Assembly: GCA_964016885.1 (NCBI GenBank)
Contig: OZ024743.1
Span: 53,010,001-53,074,000 of the forward strand
Source of the DNA: Eledone cirrhosa
Taxonomy: Eukaryota
Reading direction: 5' to 3'
Length of the DNA: 64,000 nt
The translations under genes and the position numbers were made by a program. The notes beneath the pieces are model-generated. The model worked only from the letters and a program-made list of their open reading frames with translations. It was not told the DNA's origin and ran no database searches. Below, piece by piece: positions 49,085 to 64,000 of this stretch (the first letter of the stretch is position 1; every line of letters starts with the position of its first letter).

Positions 49085-49242
49085 TGTATGTATGTATGTA
49101 TGTATGTATGTACGATCGTATGTATGTATGTATGTATGTATGTATGTATGTATGTATGTATGTATGTACGATCGTATGTATGTATGTATGTAAGTATGTA
49201 TGTACGATCGTATGTATGTATGTATGTATGTATGTATGTATG

Positions 49243-49276
<34 letters not shown>

Positions 49277-49561
49277 TGTATGTACGATCGTATGTATGTA
49301 TGTATGTATGTATGTATGTATGTATGTATGTATGTATGTATGTACGATCGTATGTATGTATGTATGTATGTATGTATGTATGTATGTACGATCGTATGTA
49401 TGTATGTATGTATGTATGTATGTATGTATGCGTGTCTTTTTCCCTCCCAGTCCTCTCTCACATTTTATGTATAACAAATATGAACAAACACAAAAACAAT
49501 AAAAATAAGTAAACTGGGGTGGGGGTGGGGGATAGGGTGGCAGAAGCTTGTAGAAAACACT

Positions 49562-49763
49562 TCATATTTTGTGGTTGTCGTTAGAGGCCGGTAGGTGGTC
49601 ACACAACTGGGCTAGAAATAGCAGACAAAATCTTTCTGAAATCTCATACCTCTTTACTATCTTGGGAGAAAGAGAGAGGGGGGGGGAGTGTGTGTGTGTG
49701 TGTGTGAGAGAGAGAGAAAGAGAGAGAGAGGGAATGAGTGTGTGTGTGAGAGAGAGAGAGGGA

Positions 49764-49802
<39 letters not shown>

Positions 49803-49803
49803 G

Positions 49804-49844
<41 letters not shown>

Positions 49845-49934
49845 GGGGAGTGAGTGTGTATGTGTGTGTGAGAGAGAGGGGTGAGAGAGAGGGATTGTGT
49901 GTGTGTGTGAGAGAGAGAAGGATGAGAGAGGGAG

Positions 49935-49978
<44 letters not shown>

Positions 49979-50417
49979 GAGAGAGAGGGAGTGTGTGTGT
50001 GTGAGAGAGAGAGAGGGGTGAGAGAGAGGGAGTGGGTGTGTATGTGTGTGTGTGAGAGAAAGAGGGGTGAGAGAGAGGGAGTGTGTGAGAGAGAGAGAGA
50101 GAGAGGGGTGAGAGAGAGGGAGTGTGTGTGAGAGAGAGAGGGGTGAGAGAGAGGGAGTGTGTGTGAGAGAGAGAGGGGTGAGAGAGAGGGAGTGTGTGTG
50201 AGAGAGAGAGGGGTGAGAGAGAGGGAGTGTGTGTGAGAGAGAGAGGGAGTGTGTGTGAGAGAGAGAGGGATGAGAGAGAGAGGGAGTGTGTGTGTGAGAG
50301 AGAGATGGGCCTTACCAAATCTACCACGGTGTACCTCTGATAAATTTGCGACAGGAAAATCACAAGTTTGTCCAACTTTTACGTAAACGACGGAGTACAT
50401 AAGGTGGTTCCCCGCCA
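49562..50417 (-). other. Possible last two exons of a host gene (50316-50417 and 49562-49611)
   Basis: Unique islands among repeats: ttcctttcAG|102-nt open phase-1 exon|GTAAGG, then ctatttctAG|...TGA in frame; no recognisable domain. Confidence 0.25.
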
Positions 50418-50446
50418 CTGAAAGGAACTGTAACTTGAGAAAGGGG

Positions 50447-50485
<39 letters not shown>

Positions 50486-51559
50486 GTATACATACACACT
50501 CACAAACAGACGTATACATACACACACACAAACAGACGTATACATAGACACACACAGACAGACGTATACATACACACTCACAAACAGACATATAGATACA
50601 CACTCACAAACAGACGTATACATACACACACAAACAGACGCATACATACACACACACAAACAGACGTATACATACACACAGACACACAGACAGCCGTATA
50701 CATACACACTCACAAACAGACGTATACATACACACACACACAAACAGACGTATACATACACACACACAAACAGACGTATACATACACACACACAAACAGA
50801 CGTATACATACACACACAAACAGACGTATACATAGACACACACAAACAGACGTATACATACACACACACAAACAGACGTATACATACACACACACAAACA
50901 GACGTATACATACACACATACACAAACAGACGTATACATAGACACACACACAAACAGCCGTATACATACACACACACAAACAGACGTATACATACACACA
51001 CACACACAAACAGACGTATACATACACACACACAAACAGACGTATACATACACACACACACAAACAAACGTATACATACACACACACAAACAGACGTATA
51101 CATACACACACACACAAACAGACGTATACATACACACAGACGTACACACACATATATGTATATACACACTCTCAGACATAGTTTTGTGTCTCTTCTAAGA
51201 GGGTTGTTTGTGTGAAGGAAGTTACATAACAGTTGAGCGGATGTAACAGTGGTTGTAGGTACTTTACAACCTACAACCAGGCCTTCCTTTCGGAGTTTTT
51301 ACTGTCAGAAATACAAAGGAAAACAACACAAGGTACTTATATGTTTTCACATTTCTCTCTCATCCTCCCTACATCGATCTAACGATTGTTTTGGATAGAG
51401 ATCGCGCGCACACACACACACACACACAGCTGGTTTTTACGGCGAAATTGCTGTCAGGACCAAGAAGTATTTGAGGTATTTTTAAAATCTTATCTTAATT
51501 GCTTTACCTATTCACGATATCTATCTGTCTATCTATCTATCTCTATATATATATACTGG

Positions 51560-51714
51560 AATTGAATAATCAAGACCGTAGCGGTATGTCATATATCAAA
51601 TCATATATTTTGTCTGATGAGGACGTACTGAAAAAACAACACAGTACCTTTGAAATATTTATAATAAAGTATATATTTTGATTATGAGAATATTTTTCAT
51701 TTGCTAACATTTCG

Positions 51715-51720
<6 letters not shown>
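51560..51720 (+). mobile_element. Solo pLTR with HHR at 51608-51670
   Basis: ttttgt-CTGATGA-ggacgtactg...cagtaccttt-GAAAT-attt-ATA-ataaag. Confidence 0.6.
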
Positions 51721-51768
<48 letters not shown>

Positions 51769-51809
51769 AATGAGTTATATGGTTTGTTAATCATCATTCA
51801 ATAATAATA

Positions 51810-51887
<78 letters not shown>

Positions 51888-51960
51888 CGTATAATATATA
51901 TATATATATTTATATAAACAATGAGTTATATGGTTTGTTAATCATTATTCAATAATAATA

Positions 51961-52036
<76 letters not shown>

Positions 52037-52039
<3 letters not shown>

Positions 52040-52521
52040 ATTAAATAAATGGAAACTATATTTATAAAACCAGATTTATTTCATTATATATATTTCAGGG
52101 ATATCATATTAACAATATGTTATGCCTTCATCAGACAAAATACAATATAAACAGTCTTATAAATAAATAGATATGACATACCTTTCAATCGACTTGCATT
52201 TGGGAAGTTGATTTGGCAGTAAAAAATATTGTGGACAGTTGTAAAAAGAAAGAGAGAAAACTTCCCAAATGCAAGTCGATTGAAAGGTATGTCATATCTA
52301 TTTATTTATAAGACTGTTTATATTGTATTTTGTCTGATGAAGGCATAACATATTGTTAATATGATATCCCTGAAATATATATAATGAAATAAATATGGTT
52401 TTATAAATATAGTTTCCATTTATTTAATATCATAAATATACTCCAAATACTTGTTGAGTGCTTTTATATCAGTTATAAATATTTACTCGTTGTTAACCCA
52501 ACAATTTAAATATAACTTTCC
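52037..52521 (+). mobile_element. Fold-back pLTR (arms 52037-52212 / 52259-52434) with HHR at 52330-52387 and tail
   Basis: ~175-bp inverted arms; CTGATGA-aggcata...tatccct-GAAAT-atat-ATA. Confidence 0.75.
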
Positions 52522-52544
52522 ATATATATATATATATATATATT

Positions 52545-52760
52545 TTCGATCGATTTTCGTCAAATCGGACCGAGGAAATAATGTTTCCGTTGGTCTTTCC
52601 AATTGCTAATACTATCTATCGGTCGCAACTCCAGGTAGAAGGAGCAACGTGTAATAAAGTGTCTTGCTTAAGGACATAACACATCACCCTGTCCGGGAAT
52701 CGAACTCACAACCTCACGCTTGCATATCCAATTCTCTAACCACTCAGCTACGCGCCTTCA
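52545..52760 (-). mobile_element. tRNA-derived SINE (same family as 4725-4944)
   Basis: A and B boxes on the minus strand; high similarity to 4725-4944. Confidence 0.8.
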
Positions 52761-52780
52761 CATAGACATACATATATATA

Positions 52781-52816
<36 letters not shown>

Positions 52817-52963
52817 TGTATGTATGTGTGTGTGTGTATGTGTGTGTGTGTGTGCATGTATATTCATGTATGTATATAAGCATTTATATATATGTATGCA
52901 TGCATACATATATATATATCCATATGTATATATATTCATTTGTTCCGCATAAGAAAACAAATA

Positions 52964-53002
<39 letters not shown>

Positions 53003-53044
53003 TGTATGTATGTATGTATGTATGTATGTATGTATGTATGTATG

Positions 53045-53076
<32 letters not shown>

Positions 53077-53085
<9 letters not shown>

Positions 53086-56017
53086 AGATCAAAAGATGGT
53101 TAAAAGAGTTCCAAGTATTTTATTATGCGCATTTCAAAAACAAATATCATCATGGGATGATATCTGCGTTCTCATCAGATAAAATAGGGAGACATGATAT
53201 GAAGATTTAAAATGATATGTTAGATTTAAAATTAACATAATTTAGATTCTCATTGTTTTTATGGTAAGGGTAATATAGGCCAGTGTCAAGATTAAGGGAT
53301 ATATCCAAGAAGTTAGCTAGTTTGACGTTGTTATCAAATTCAATTTTAAGGTTATGGTGCTTAAAGAGATCACGTATATAATTTTTAAACTTAATATTAT
53401 TAAGAACAATATACGTGATCTCTTTAAGCACCATAACCTTAAAATTGAATTTTCATAACAACGTCAAACTAGCTAACTTCTGGGATATATCCCTTAATCT
53501 TGACACTGGCCTATATTACCCTTACCATAAAAACAATGAGAATCTAAATTATGTTAATTTTAAACCTAACCACCCCATTGACATGAAAAATGCTATAGTC
53601 AGTATATTGAAAAAAGAATCTCAAACCTATCCTCTTATAAAGATATCTTTGATGCTAACGCCAATTACTATAATAATGCGCTTTCTAAAGCCGGTTATCC
53701 TGATAAAATTAAATACAGTAAGGAAACCAATCCTAGAAGGTCTTACAGTAAAATAATTAATTATGAACATTCCAATAACTTAAATAAAAGACCTAGATAC
53801 AAAAATATAATTTGGTATAATGCTCCTTTTTCTATATCTATTAATAATAATATTCCTAAACTATTCTTTAGGGCCTTAGATAAATGCTTCCCTCCCTCAT
53901 ATATCTATAGTAAAATCTTTAACAAACATACAATAACATTTTCTTATTCCACCACTTCCAACATCTCTAACATTATCTCTAAACACAACAATAAAATATT
54001 AAATAATAAATTACATCCTTCCAACACTGGGCGTCATAATAATAGCAGTAGTATACCCGACGTAATTGTTAACTCTAGGCTAGATTCTGTAAATTTAAAT
54101 ACGACGTCAAACGTAACTTCGTTGAATGTTCATAATACCAATCTAAATCAGGAAACTATTGTTCTTATCGTAAATAACTTCTCCAATCCAATTCCTTCTA
54201 TAAATAATACTAGGTCACTTGTTAATAACTCTGTTAATTTCTCTAATCGTAATTGTAATTGCCCTATTAAAACTAAATGTTCTCTTAATAACCATTGTCT
54301 TGATAAAAACTTAGTCTATGAATGTAAGGTTATAACTGATACTAATTATTTTACCTATTTCGGTTCCACTTCCACTTCCTTTAAAGCTAGATTTTATAAT
54401 CACAAATTGGCTTTTAGATACCAACTTAAAAGAACTAACACGGCACTCTTGGAACTCATATGGTCCTTGAAAGACAAAAATATTAACTATAACATCTTTT
54501 GGAGGAAGGTTTGTTCCGCCTTTCCTTACCTGAATTCTTCCCTATCCAGAACATGTAATCTCTGCCTAGCCGAGAAATTTACCATTATATCTAATTTCAA
54601 TTCTATAATAAATAGACGCACAGATTTATTTTCGCTCTGCTTGCATAAATTCCACAGAACATTCCATAAAGTATGCAGCTAATATCCCAATACCTTACTA
54701 GTTTCAAATCCTTTTTCTCAAATGCTTATATATCTTTTACAAATATACCCACCTTTCTACCTTATTTCAGTATTATATATTATATAATACAATTTACTCA
54801 TTCTATGTCATTCTTCTTTATAATTTTCCTTTCTTCCTTTTTTCTTTTTAATTTCTAATCTCTAATTTGTACTTTTTCTTCCCAACTACTTCTCAATTCA
54901 TATTATTACTCACCACAACATAATCCATTCTTCCATCTTTCCTCATATCATTGGCCATAAAAATTATTTTTTTAAATACATTATAATATTACCATTAGAA
55001 GTCCTTCGTAAACATATAAACTTTTGACGTTAGATTTTTTTCTTCCTTAATTTTTTCTTATCTCTTCTATCCTTTCATGCTCGTTTTAAACCTATTACTT
55101 AATTTGACTTTTACATAAAAACAAACTTAAACCCTAACTAATTTCTTTTACTATATTATATTATTACCATTAGAAAATATTTCGTAAACATATATACTTT
55201 AGAATGTTGGATATTTTCTTCCTTAAACATTCTTTTTTCTTCTCTCCTTCTGCGCTCATTTTAAACATACTATTTACGTATACATATTACAATACATAAA
55301 AACAAACTTAAACCCTAACTAATTCCTCTAAATTCATAACTCATTTATTCTTCTCCTTCTTTTCACATTATATCCTTAATATCATTAATATTTTTATTTT
55401 AATAATGCATATTAATAAATTCTTTTCTTCGCACATATTATTAAACCCTTCGATATACAAACCTTAATTTAATACTATTCTTAATTCCTTTTTCTTCATG
55501 CATAAACCTCATTAACTTTTAATTTCAAAATCTTTTAAATTATCTATTATCTTCCAACAGCTTTTTAATTTCTCTCTGTGAGACAATATTTTTTCTCAGT
55601 TGTAAAGGCTATCTCTCTCTCTCTCTATCACTCATCTCTCCTATCTCATCCTTCCTTCTTATACTCCTCCCCCACCATCCTTTACTCTTATTTCTTCCTC
55701 TTCCTTACCTCCCCCCCCTCACTTTTTACAAATCTCATACAGCCATCTTAATTTATTTTTCATATGTTGATTTAAAACTTCACTACGCACAAGTGTTTTT
55801 TAAGCTTCATATCATGTCTCCCTATTTTATCTGATGAGAACGCAGATATCATCCCATGATGATATTTGTTTTTGAAATGCGCATAATAAAATACTTGGAA
55901 CTCTTTTAACCATCTTTTGATCTTATATTATTTATACTCCAGTCCTACAAACTGTAGAGTGCTACTTATCCGATATTTGCATTGCTTTATTGTGCTACAA
56001 TAAAACTCACCTCCTAC

Positions 56018-56020
<3 letters not shown>
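53077..56020 (+). mobile_element. Naiad-type PLE, frameshifted, with inverted 5' pLTR + ORF fragment; HHRs at 55825-55891 (+) and 53118-53184 (-)
   Basis: NFLDISLNL, IIWYNAPFS, CNCPIKTKCSLNNHC, LVY...YFG...FKAR; ttttat-CTGATGA...GAAAT-GCGC-ATA-ataaaa. Confidence 0.85.
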
Positions 56021-56083
<63 letters not shown>

Positions 56084-56261
56084 ACATAAACAGAGAAAGC
56101 CTTAAGCGATACTCCGACCAACTCCATCTCACTCAACAAACATTAGGATATACTTAAGTATTATCTCAATTTAGTGTTTGGGGTGCTAACTAATCAGTAT
56201 TTCGTGGATAATTGGTTGTATTATTTTATATGAGACATTATTAAATAAATATCTCTTTCCT

Positions 56262-56385
56262 TCCAGACGGCCGTTTCGTTATAAGATTTCTACAATTTGG
56301 GATAAATAATTTCCAGGTTATGTAGAAATGTGTATATAATCCATAGTTTTATACACAAGCGGGCCCTTATAAACTCATCAGTGGA
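56262..56385 (-). ncRNA. Type I hammerhead with branched stem II in a solo pLTR (56080-56790)
   Basis: tcca-CTGATGA-gtttataag...cttataac-GAAAC-GGCC-GTC^tgga; two internal hairpins (tgtgtata/tatacaca, tttctaca/tgtagaaa). Confidence 0.85.
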
Positions 56386-56984
56386 TGCCCAAATAATATC
56401 GATATAAGAATTATATCGACATTAATAGAATGGTGATGGTCTCCCTCAGCACTAAGAAGAGACTGGTAGATTAGAAAATCCAGCAGTCCTCCCAAAGAAA
56501 AAATACACGCTGTCCCCAAAAGGGTAAAGGGGGGTCATCTTAAAATAAAACAATATACACGCTGGTCATTTAAACCTGTTAGGTATTAACTACGTGTATA
56601 AGAACTCAATTAGATATTAAAAGAATAACCATATGTATACACAACCAATGCACACATAGAGATATTAAAACATAATAAATACATGTATGGATCACCCATA
56701 TACACACACAGTCATTCTCTAAGGCTAAATCAGACATGGGATACAAGGAAGATCAATCAGTATTTCATATAAAAAATAATAATAATAAAGATATATATAT
56801 ATATATATATATACACGCGCGTATATGTATGTACGTGTGTTTACAAATGAAAGAATGAGTACTCAATACGTGGGCCCGAGTTTTTTAGGAGGAATCAGTT
56901 GGTTTGATTTTACTATGTTGTTACATAGTTTTCCAGGCCACGTGCTTGGATCGGGCAACATTGGTTCTTCTTGTTGTTGTTGTA

Positions 56985-57075
56985 TAGCTAGCCAGTAGCA
57001 TCTGGCCTCCTCCACTAGTTCATGCTCCCTACCTGTAAGGGTTGTAACATTCCAGTTACCAATTATCAAGGTTTG
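56985..57075 (-). pseudogene. RTE-like LINE AP-endonuclease N-terminal fragment
   Basis: LIIGNWNVTTLTGREHELVEEARCY matches the GxWNVxTL start of RTE APE domains. Confidence 0.55.
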
Positions 57076-58074
57076 CTCCCTTCCCGACCCTCTCTAGAGT
57101 CTCAGGATACATAATCTTTGTGCTTTCATCCCACGTCTCCCAGGACAGATAGCAGACCCATCGCAAGTTCTGGTAGCATTGGTTAGAGGCTGCAATATTT
57201 TTTTGCTCGAACGAGCCCCTCTACCCGCGCGAAGGACCATGCGGTATGAGTGTTTTTATTGTTTCTGGCCATATTGCAGTGTTTTGGTAGTTTCATTCGT
57301 GCTAGTGTAGTTGGATTTGAGAGATGAAGTTTTTGGTGGAAGAGGATGATAAACACAACAAATACCAATAATTCTAGTGGAATTTATAACTTTACTTCAC
57401 TTCATCAAAAAGGAAAACATTATACGATTACTTCGAATCGTAAATATAAAGTTTGATTGTAGTATTCACAAATGAATATAATGTTCTACAAGGCTTCTGT
57501 GATGTTCCCTTAAAAAGTAACAAGTTGTTGTCAGACAGTACGTACCACCAGAGGTACTAATAAGCTCACAGTAGTAAGGAAGCTGTGTTGTCAATATAAA
57601 GAGGCAGATGACTCTGTGTGGTTGAAGTGCCAATGGAAAAATTGCTGTCGGGTCCTTGTCAAGAGAGACGGGGTGTTTTTCTAAGAGCTACATCTCGCTA
57701 CTTGTTTGAACAACCCGAAGTGATCCTTCTCTTCCGAGGAACCAGAGTCGAATGACCCAAAGAAAAACTTATCACATTTAACCTCAAGTTGGCCAGCCTA
57801 TTCCAGACCATTGACGCCAACCGAAGATAAAGAGAAACAGCATTCAGATGTAATTCGGGGATCAGTATGTGCGAAGAGATTTCACTACATATATAAGAGG
57901 TTTGATCTAAAATTTAACGAAGTTAGGACCTGTCTCACGATATCCAAACTTATTCACATTTACGTAATTATTAAAAGTAAATAGATTTTTATAAACGACG
58001 GTTGCGGCGAGAATGAAAATGCAACTATCTCGTCCAATACCCCAGATTTATATACACGTATATACACGTTATGG

Positions 58075-58290
58075 GTAGGCTTGATTAGTTTTAAAGTTAA
58101 AGTTAGGCTTGATTGGGGATAGAATTAGGGTTAGAGTTAATTACGGTTAGAATTTGGGTTATGTTTGCTTAGGGATAGAGTTAAAATTAGGTTTCGTTAG
58201 GATAAGGCTGGGTTAGGGTTTGTTAGGATAAAGGTTAGAGTTAGACTTGGTTAGGGTTAGAGTTTGTTATGGTTATAATTAGGGTTGGTG
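58075..58290. repeat. Degenerate (TTAGG/TTAGGG)-like tract
   Basis: Repeated ttaggg/ttagag/ttaggc variants. Confidence 0.6.
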
Positions 58291-58779
58291 TTGGTGGAGC
58301 ACTAAACAGTAATTATGCACCAGTACTTGATTTCAATGAGATATGAACTTAAAAGCCGAGACGAATACCAGAAATAAAAACTAATGAATTTAGTGAAGGT
58401 TGTCAACAGACACTAAGAAAATGGAAAAACACTGGCAAGGACTGCCACCTTATGGACTCAATACCCACTACCTAGCAGTCGATTTACATATGGGTTAAGT
58501 GGGTGGCAGCCCAGGTCCTCATAGTCCATTTCCGTCTCATTTTATATTTATATGAAAATATTAATTAAAATACCATTACAATATGTATTAAAATATGTAT
58601 TGTAATATAGCTACGGAGTATGCTCTTTTAGGATATTTTAATTATTATTTTAGGGTGGTGGTGTCACTTTGTTTTAGAGGTTGACTGGAATCAACGCTGA
58701 AATCTCCGCCTCGTACTTTGTGTAGGCCTACATTCATGTACTTTTAATTTTCTTCTGGGTTCTCCAAATGCCCTCTAAC

Positions 58780-58912
58780 CAGTGCCGGATTTACTATTGT
58801 GCACAGGGGGTCTTCTTCCTGCCAAAAAGATTTTTAATGATGAATTTTTCAAATGTTTGGGGCCTCATAATTTAACTGGCACAGGGCCTCAATTGTCCTA
58901 AATCCAGCACTG
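58780..58912. mobile_element. hAT-like MITE
   Basis: TIRs cagtgccggattta / taaatccagcactg; 8-bp flanks cctctaac / cttctaac (7/8 match). Confidence 0.65.
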
Positions 58913-59241
58913 CTTCTAACCTAGGGCCCCTTGCATAAGTGGACAGTCTTAAAATCCGTCTAATCCTCACTAACAGACTGCTGAGGCGTTTTTTTTCCAA
59001 TGCTCAGCTAAGACAGGTTCTATTTCCGTTTTAATCTTTATACAGCGGCTTTAACTCCAGTTTTGTGAGATTTTCTCACCTATTCTTTTTTTATCGATGT
59101 TTTTTTACTAATTAATATAATTTTTAAATTGATTGATATTAGTTTTATTAATTTATTGATAACCCTAATTGATTTGTTAGATTATTGCCAGCATGCTACT
59201 TCTTCTTATCGTGTCCACACTTATAACTGTTCCTCGTGGTA

Positions 59242-59459
59242 GTGATACGATTAGCAGGATGTTATCAATACTGCCAGGGCCGCGGTGATAGGATTAGCAG
59301 GCTGTTATCAATACTGCCAGGGCCGCGGTGATAGGATTAGCAGTATCCTATCAATACTGCCAGGGCCGCGGTGATAGGATTAGCAGTATCTTATCAATAC
59401 TGCCAGGGCCGGGGTGATAGGATTAGTAGTATCCTATCAATACTGCCAGGGCCGCGGTG
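59242..59459. repeat. 43-bp minisatellite, ~5 copies
   Basis: gtgataggattagcaggctgttatcaatactgccagggccgcg repeated in tandem. Confidence 0.9.
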
Positions 59460-59657
59460 TGGCTGCACCTATCTTGGTCCCATCATGCTACTAAATCTGT
59501 ATGAGTATACTTGGTTTCTGGAATTCATTCCAGTTAACACTGAGAAAGGTAGTGTATGTTATTACTCTGCCATAGGTACACAAAGAATCTTGTGATAGTG
59601 TGATTTCGTAAATCTAGTAGTAGTAGTAGTAGTAGTATATATATATATATATATATA

Positions 59658-61418
59658 TAGAATGAATAATAACAGGTAAACATCATAAAAAGGTAATTTA
59701 TTCCGTGTGCTTACAAATGTTTCCACAGTGGTTGTACAGCCTAGTTATGCTATGTGCAAATTTACAACTATTTGCAAAACTCAATTATCAAATGCTGTGA
59801 CCACTGTATCATCAGAGCAGAATGGTTAAAATGTACAATGTAAATACCCTTAAGTGAGGTTATTGGAGAAGTTAGAGTAGAAAAGGGGAAGAGAGAAAAG
59901 AAGGGGAGAGGAAGAGAGAGAGAGAGAGATATGCAGGGGTTGGAGAAATAGGAGAGAGTGGTTTGTAGATATCTTAATCAAAATGTTATGGTAGGGGTTT
60001 TATTATACTGGTTACTCTTAAAGCGACCACCTTAAGCGATGCGTTGATAGTCAAGGTTGGAATTATTTATTGCCCCAGAGGGCAGGTTCATAGATGTGGA
60101 GAGGGAGGGAGGTAGGCCTAGGGCGAGAGAGAGAGAGTGGAATGGATATAGAGGGAGAGATAAAGTGGGGACAGACGAAAGCTATGGGGTGGGTGAACTT
60201 TGGGTTCGTAGTAGTAATCTGCGAATTGCACTAAGTTACCATTTATAGTGATAAGCAGGGTATTGTCTTGTAGTGTGGGGGAAGAGAAGGTGGTTGGCTA
60301 GAAAGCAATGTAATAGTTACGGGTTCGAATGTTAAGTTATTTTATAGTGAGAGAATTTAGCTTTTAGTTTGTGGTTGCAGTATAATGATCGTTCGATTCT
60401 ATCGTTAAGTAGTTTATTTTGGGATTTTAAGATGTAAAAGAGTTAAAGGTTACATAACCTACAGTACTTCAATCCACTCCGATATGCACTTGCGCTGGAA
60501 AGTATATCCCATTTTAAGGTGAACTGTTGGTTGCGTTCACGGAGTTGCCAGGTCTTATTGGCGAGCGTGGTCACAAAACGGTGATCAGGATGTTTAATTG
60601 AGAATCTATGACGGTACCAGCGAGATTTAAACGAGGTGGTGGTAGACCCGATGAAATACCATTTCTGGTCGTTCGATTCAACCGTGCATTGGTAAACAAT
60701 GTTGGACTTTAGGAATTTATTCTTTAATGGACATCTTTCAGGTAGATGGCAGTTACAGTTTTTGTTGTGGGTAGCGGGTATACCATGGATAGGTTGTGAT
60801 AGCAGTACAGGTGGGTTGTGCAATACCCGTCTCCCATTTAGTGGTTGGGAGGCAGATATTACGTTCTACCCATCTGTTATCAAAATATTTTGTTTTGTAG
60901 TGTTGTTTAATTGCTTTAAGTTAAGTGTTTTTATGTATGCTTCAAGGTTTGGTGCCGTGGAGTATGATAGTCTCATAGTTTTAGAGTTCAGAATTTTACT
61001 GTATTTATGGGAACTAGGGAAATGCTTGTTGATTAACTTAAAGAATGAAAGAGATAGTTTCGTACTAATCGAATTAAAGCAATTAAACAACATTGTACAT
61101 TTTAACCATTCTGCTCTGATGATACAGTGGTCACAGCATTTGATAATTGAGTTTTGCAAATAGTTGTAAATTTGCACATAGCATAACTAGGCTGTACAAC
61201 CACCATGGAAACATTTGTAAGCACACGGAATAAATTACCTTTTTATGATGTCTACCTGTTATTATTCATTCTTTATCTACACTCCGGAATACAGAAGGAT
61301 CAGGAACTAAGTTTTTTCAACAATTCTTCCATAACTCGTTGAGTAACCTCTCACCGTACGTCAACCCTATCCAGTGTAGTAATTAACCATTACTGCATCT
61401 AGGATAATCCTATACCTA
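59658..61418. mobile_element. Naiad-type PLE remnant: minus-strand GIY-YIG fragment between inverted pLTRs; HHRs at 59708-59819 (-) and 61112-61223 (+)
   Basis: CNCHLPERCPLKN, IVY...FIG...FKSRW; 59658-59840 is inverted to 61091-61274; tgct-CTGATGA-tacagtggt...accactgtg-GAAAC-attt-GTA-agca. Confidence 0.85.
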
Positions 61419-61425
61419 ATATATA

Positions 61426-61554
<129 letters not shown>

Positions 61555-61707
61555 CTGAAGTTGGAAATAGCACGGAAAATATATTTAAGGGTTTGATTTT
61601 CTTTTTTTATCCTTTCTTTGATTTATCAAAGTGACATTATTGAAAAAACGTGAGGGACAATTTTATAATGTATATAAAGTATATACTGTAAAGTATATAT
61701 CATATAT

Positions 61708-62898
<1,191 letters not shown>

Positions 62899-63243
62899 AA
62901 TACCTGATTGGCTTTTTCGTTGCATTGGTATTTTGTGGGTGGCTCACCTGCCGCAGTTTTCAATTTGTCAAGCTATCTAACGTATGTTATTACTCTAAGG
63001 TAACCGCCGAGGTTGACTTTGCCTTTCATCCTTACGGGGTCGATAAAATAAAGTACCAGTAATGCACTGGGTAATTGCTGGCCTTGTGCCAAAAGTAGAA
63101 ACAGATATTACTCTAAGGTGACACAACCTTCTCGAGTGCTTTGCTGCAGATTCCTGATTGTATATCTACAGCCAAACCTTCGATTTTACTAAACTTCCTT
63201 ATATATATATATAAATATGCAGTTGCGGGTCTTGAACAATTTC

Positions 63244-63304
<61 letters not shown>

Positions 63305-63585
63305 AATATAAATTAACGAGAATCGTATTTCGGCTTTGGAATTAGCGAAAAACAACTTCCGAGATGTGTGGCAAGCGCTCAATAATTCTGACGAACGAGA
63401 GCTACAACATACGTTAAAGGCCAAACACACTGAGACGGTGGTTAAACCGTCATCCGCACAGTCATAGAAACGACCAAGTAATTCGGGTCAAACAAATAAA
63501 AAAATATGTGATTGAAATATATATTTGCCAGGTATGAGCCAAATATATTATATAAACATGTTTTAACGGTTTTAAACTCTTTGTA

Positions 63586-63638
<53 letters not shown>

Positions 63639-64000
63639 CGAAGGAAGTGTGGTAAGGAACCAGGTGGACCATAACGCACCAGAGTACTCAATATTTAGGG
63701 TAATAGAGTGGGTAATAGGAAATTGTTCAAGACCCCGACGGCAGAGCTCAAGCCGTTTCGACTGAAATAGCCGTCGAAACGGCTTGAGCTCTGCAGTCGG
63801 GGGTCTTGAACAATTTCCTATATACATACATACATACAAGGCCCTTCGGACTGCCAGGCATGAGCCAAAACCTGTATGGACAGTCAGCCTGAGACCCCCT
63901 ATGTTGTCAATAACTGATCAATAGATTACTGAGGTCAACTGATCGACTGTAAATATTTATCAATATGTCAGGTGACCTCTTTATTTGCCTTATCTCTTCT

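Larger units (their letters stand above)
47845..51175. repeat. Complex microsatellite block: (TATG)n/TACG variants, (GA)/(GT) compound and (acaaacagacgtatacatacac)n
   Basis: Direct; all long ORFs here are low-complexity artefacts. Confidence 0.9.

Noticed and set aside
47159-51179. Long ORFs (YIYI, MYVC, HTHT, LSLS types), also at 3166-3606 and 5926-6954
   Set aside because: Translations of micro- and minisatellites that lack stop codons
57460-57900. Possible transposase or exon remnant
   Set aside because: No sustained open frame or recognisable motif found
58075-58290. True telomere or interstitial telomeric array
   Set aside because: Short and highly degenerate; more like an internal repeat of a non-autonomous element
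63302-63470. Possible coding exon (INENRISALELAKNNFRD...)
   Set aside because: Homologous to the non-coding repeat at 47055-47245, with indels that do not preserve frame

Overview
Eukaryotic, AT- and microsatellite-rich DNA made almost entirely of transposable elements. The tRNA-derived SINEs and repeat landscape suggest a cephalopod such as Octopus (inference only). No convincing host gene; only a weak two-exon candidate near 49.6-50.4 kb. Coding elements: a near-complete Tx1/L1-type LINE (ORF1 plus 1107-aa APE-RT ORF2) and a decayed second copy, two R4/Dong-like and one CRE-like restriction-endonuclease LINE fragments, four Naiad-type and two Neptune-type Penelope-like elements (PLEs; RT + GIY-YIG), a Helitron helicase relic and an RTE fragment. 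Non-coding: SINEs, several MITEs, a 3.9-kb 61-bp satellite built from a SINE Pol III promoter, and many fold-back PLE ends in (TA)n. The main signal not shown by the ORF track is about 20 hammerhead-ribozyme (HHR) motifs read by eye. They include a near-perfect tandem array of 468-bp retrozyme-like monomers (one minimal HHR plus an ATGCAAAT octamer each), HHRs with very large stem-II insertions, and HHRs with the compensatory U3-A8 core. All structures were identified manually and need computational or biochemical confirmation.
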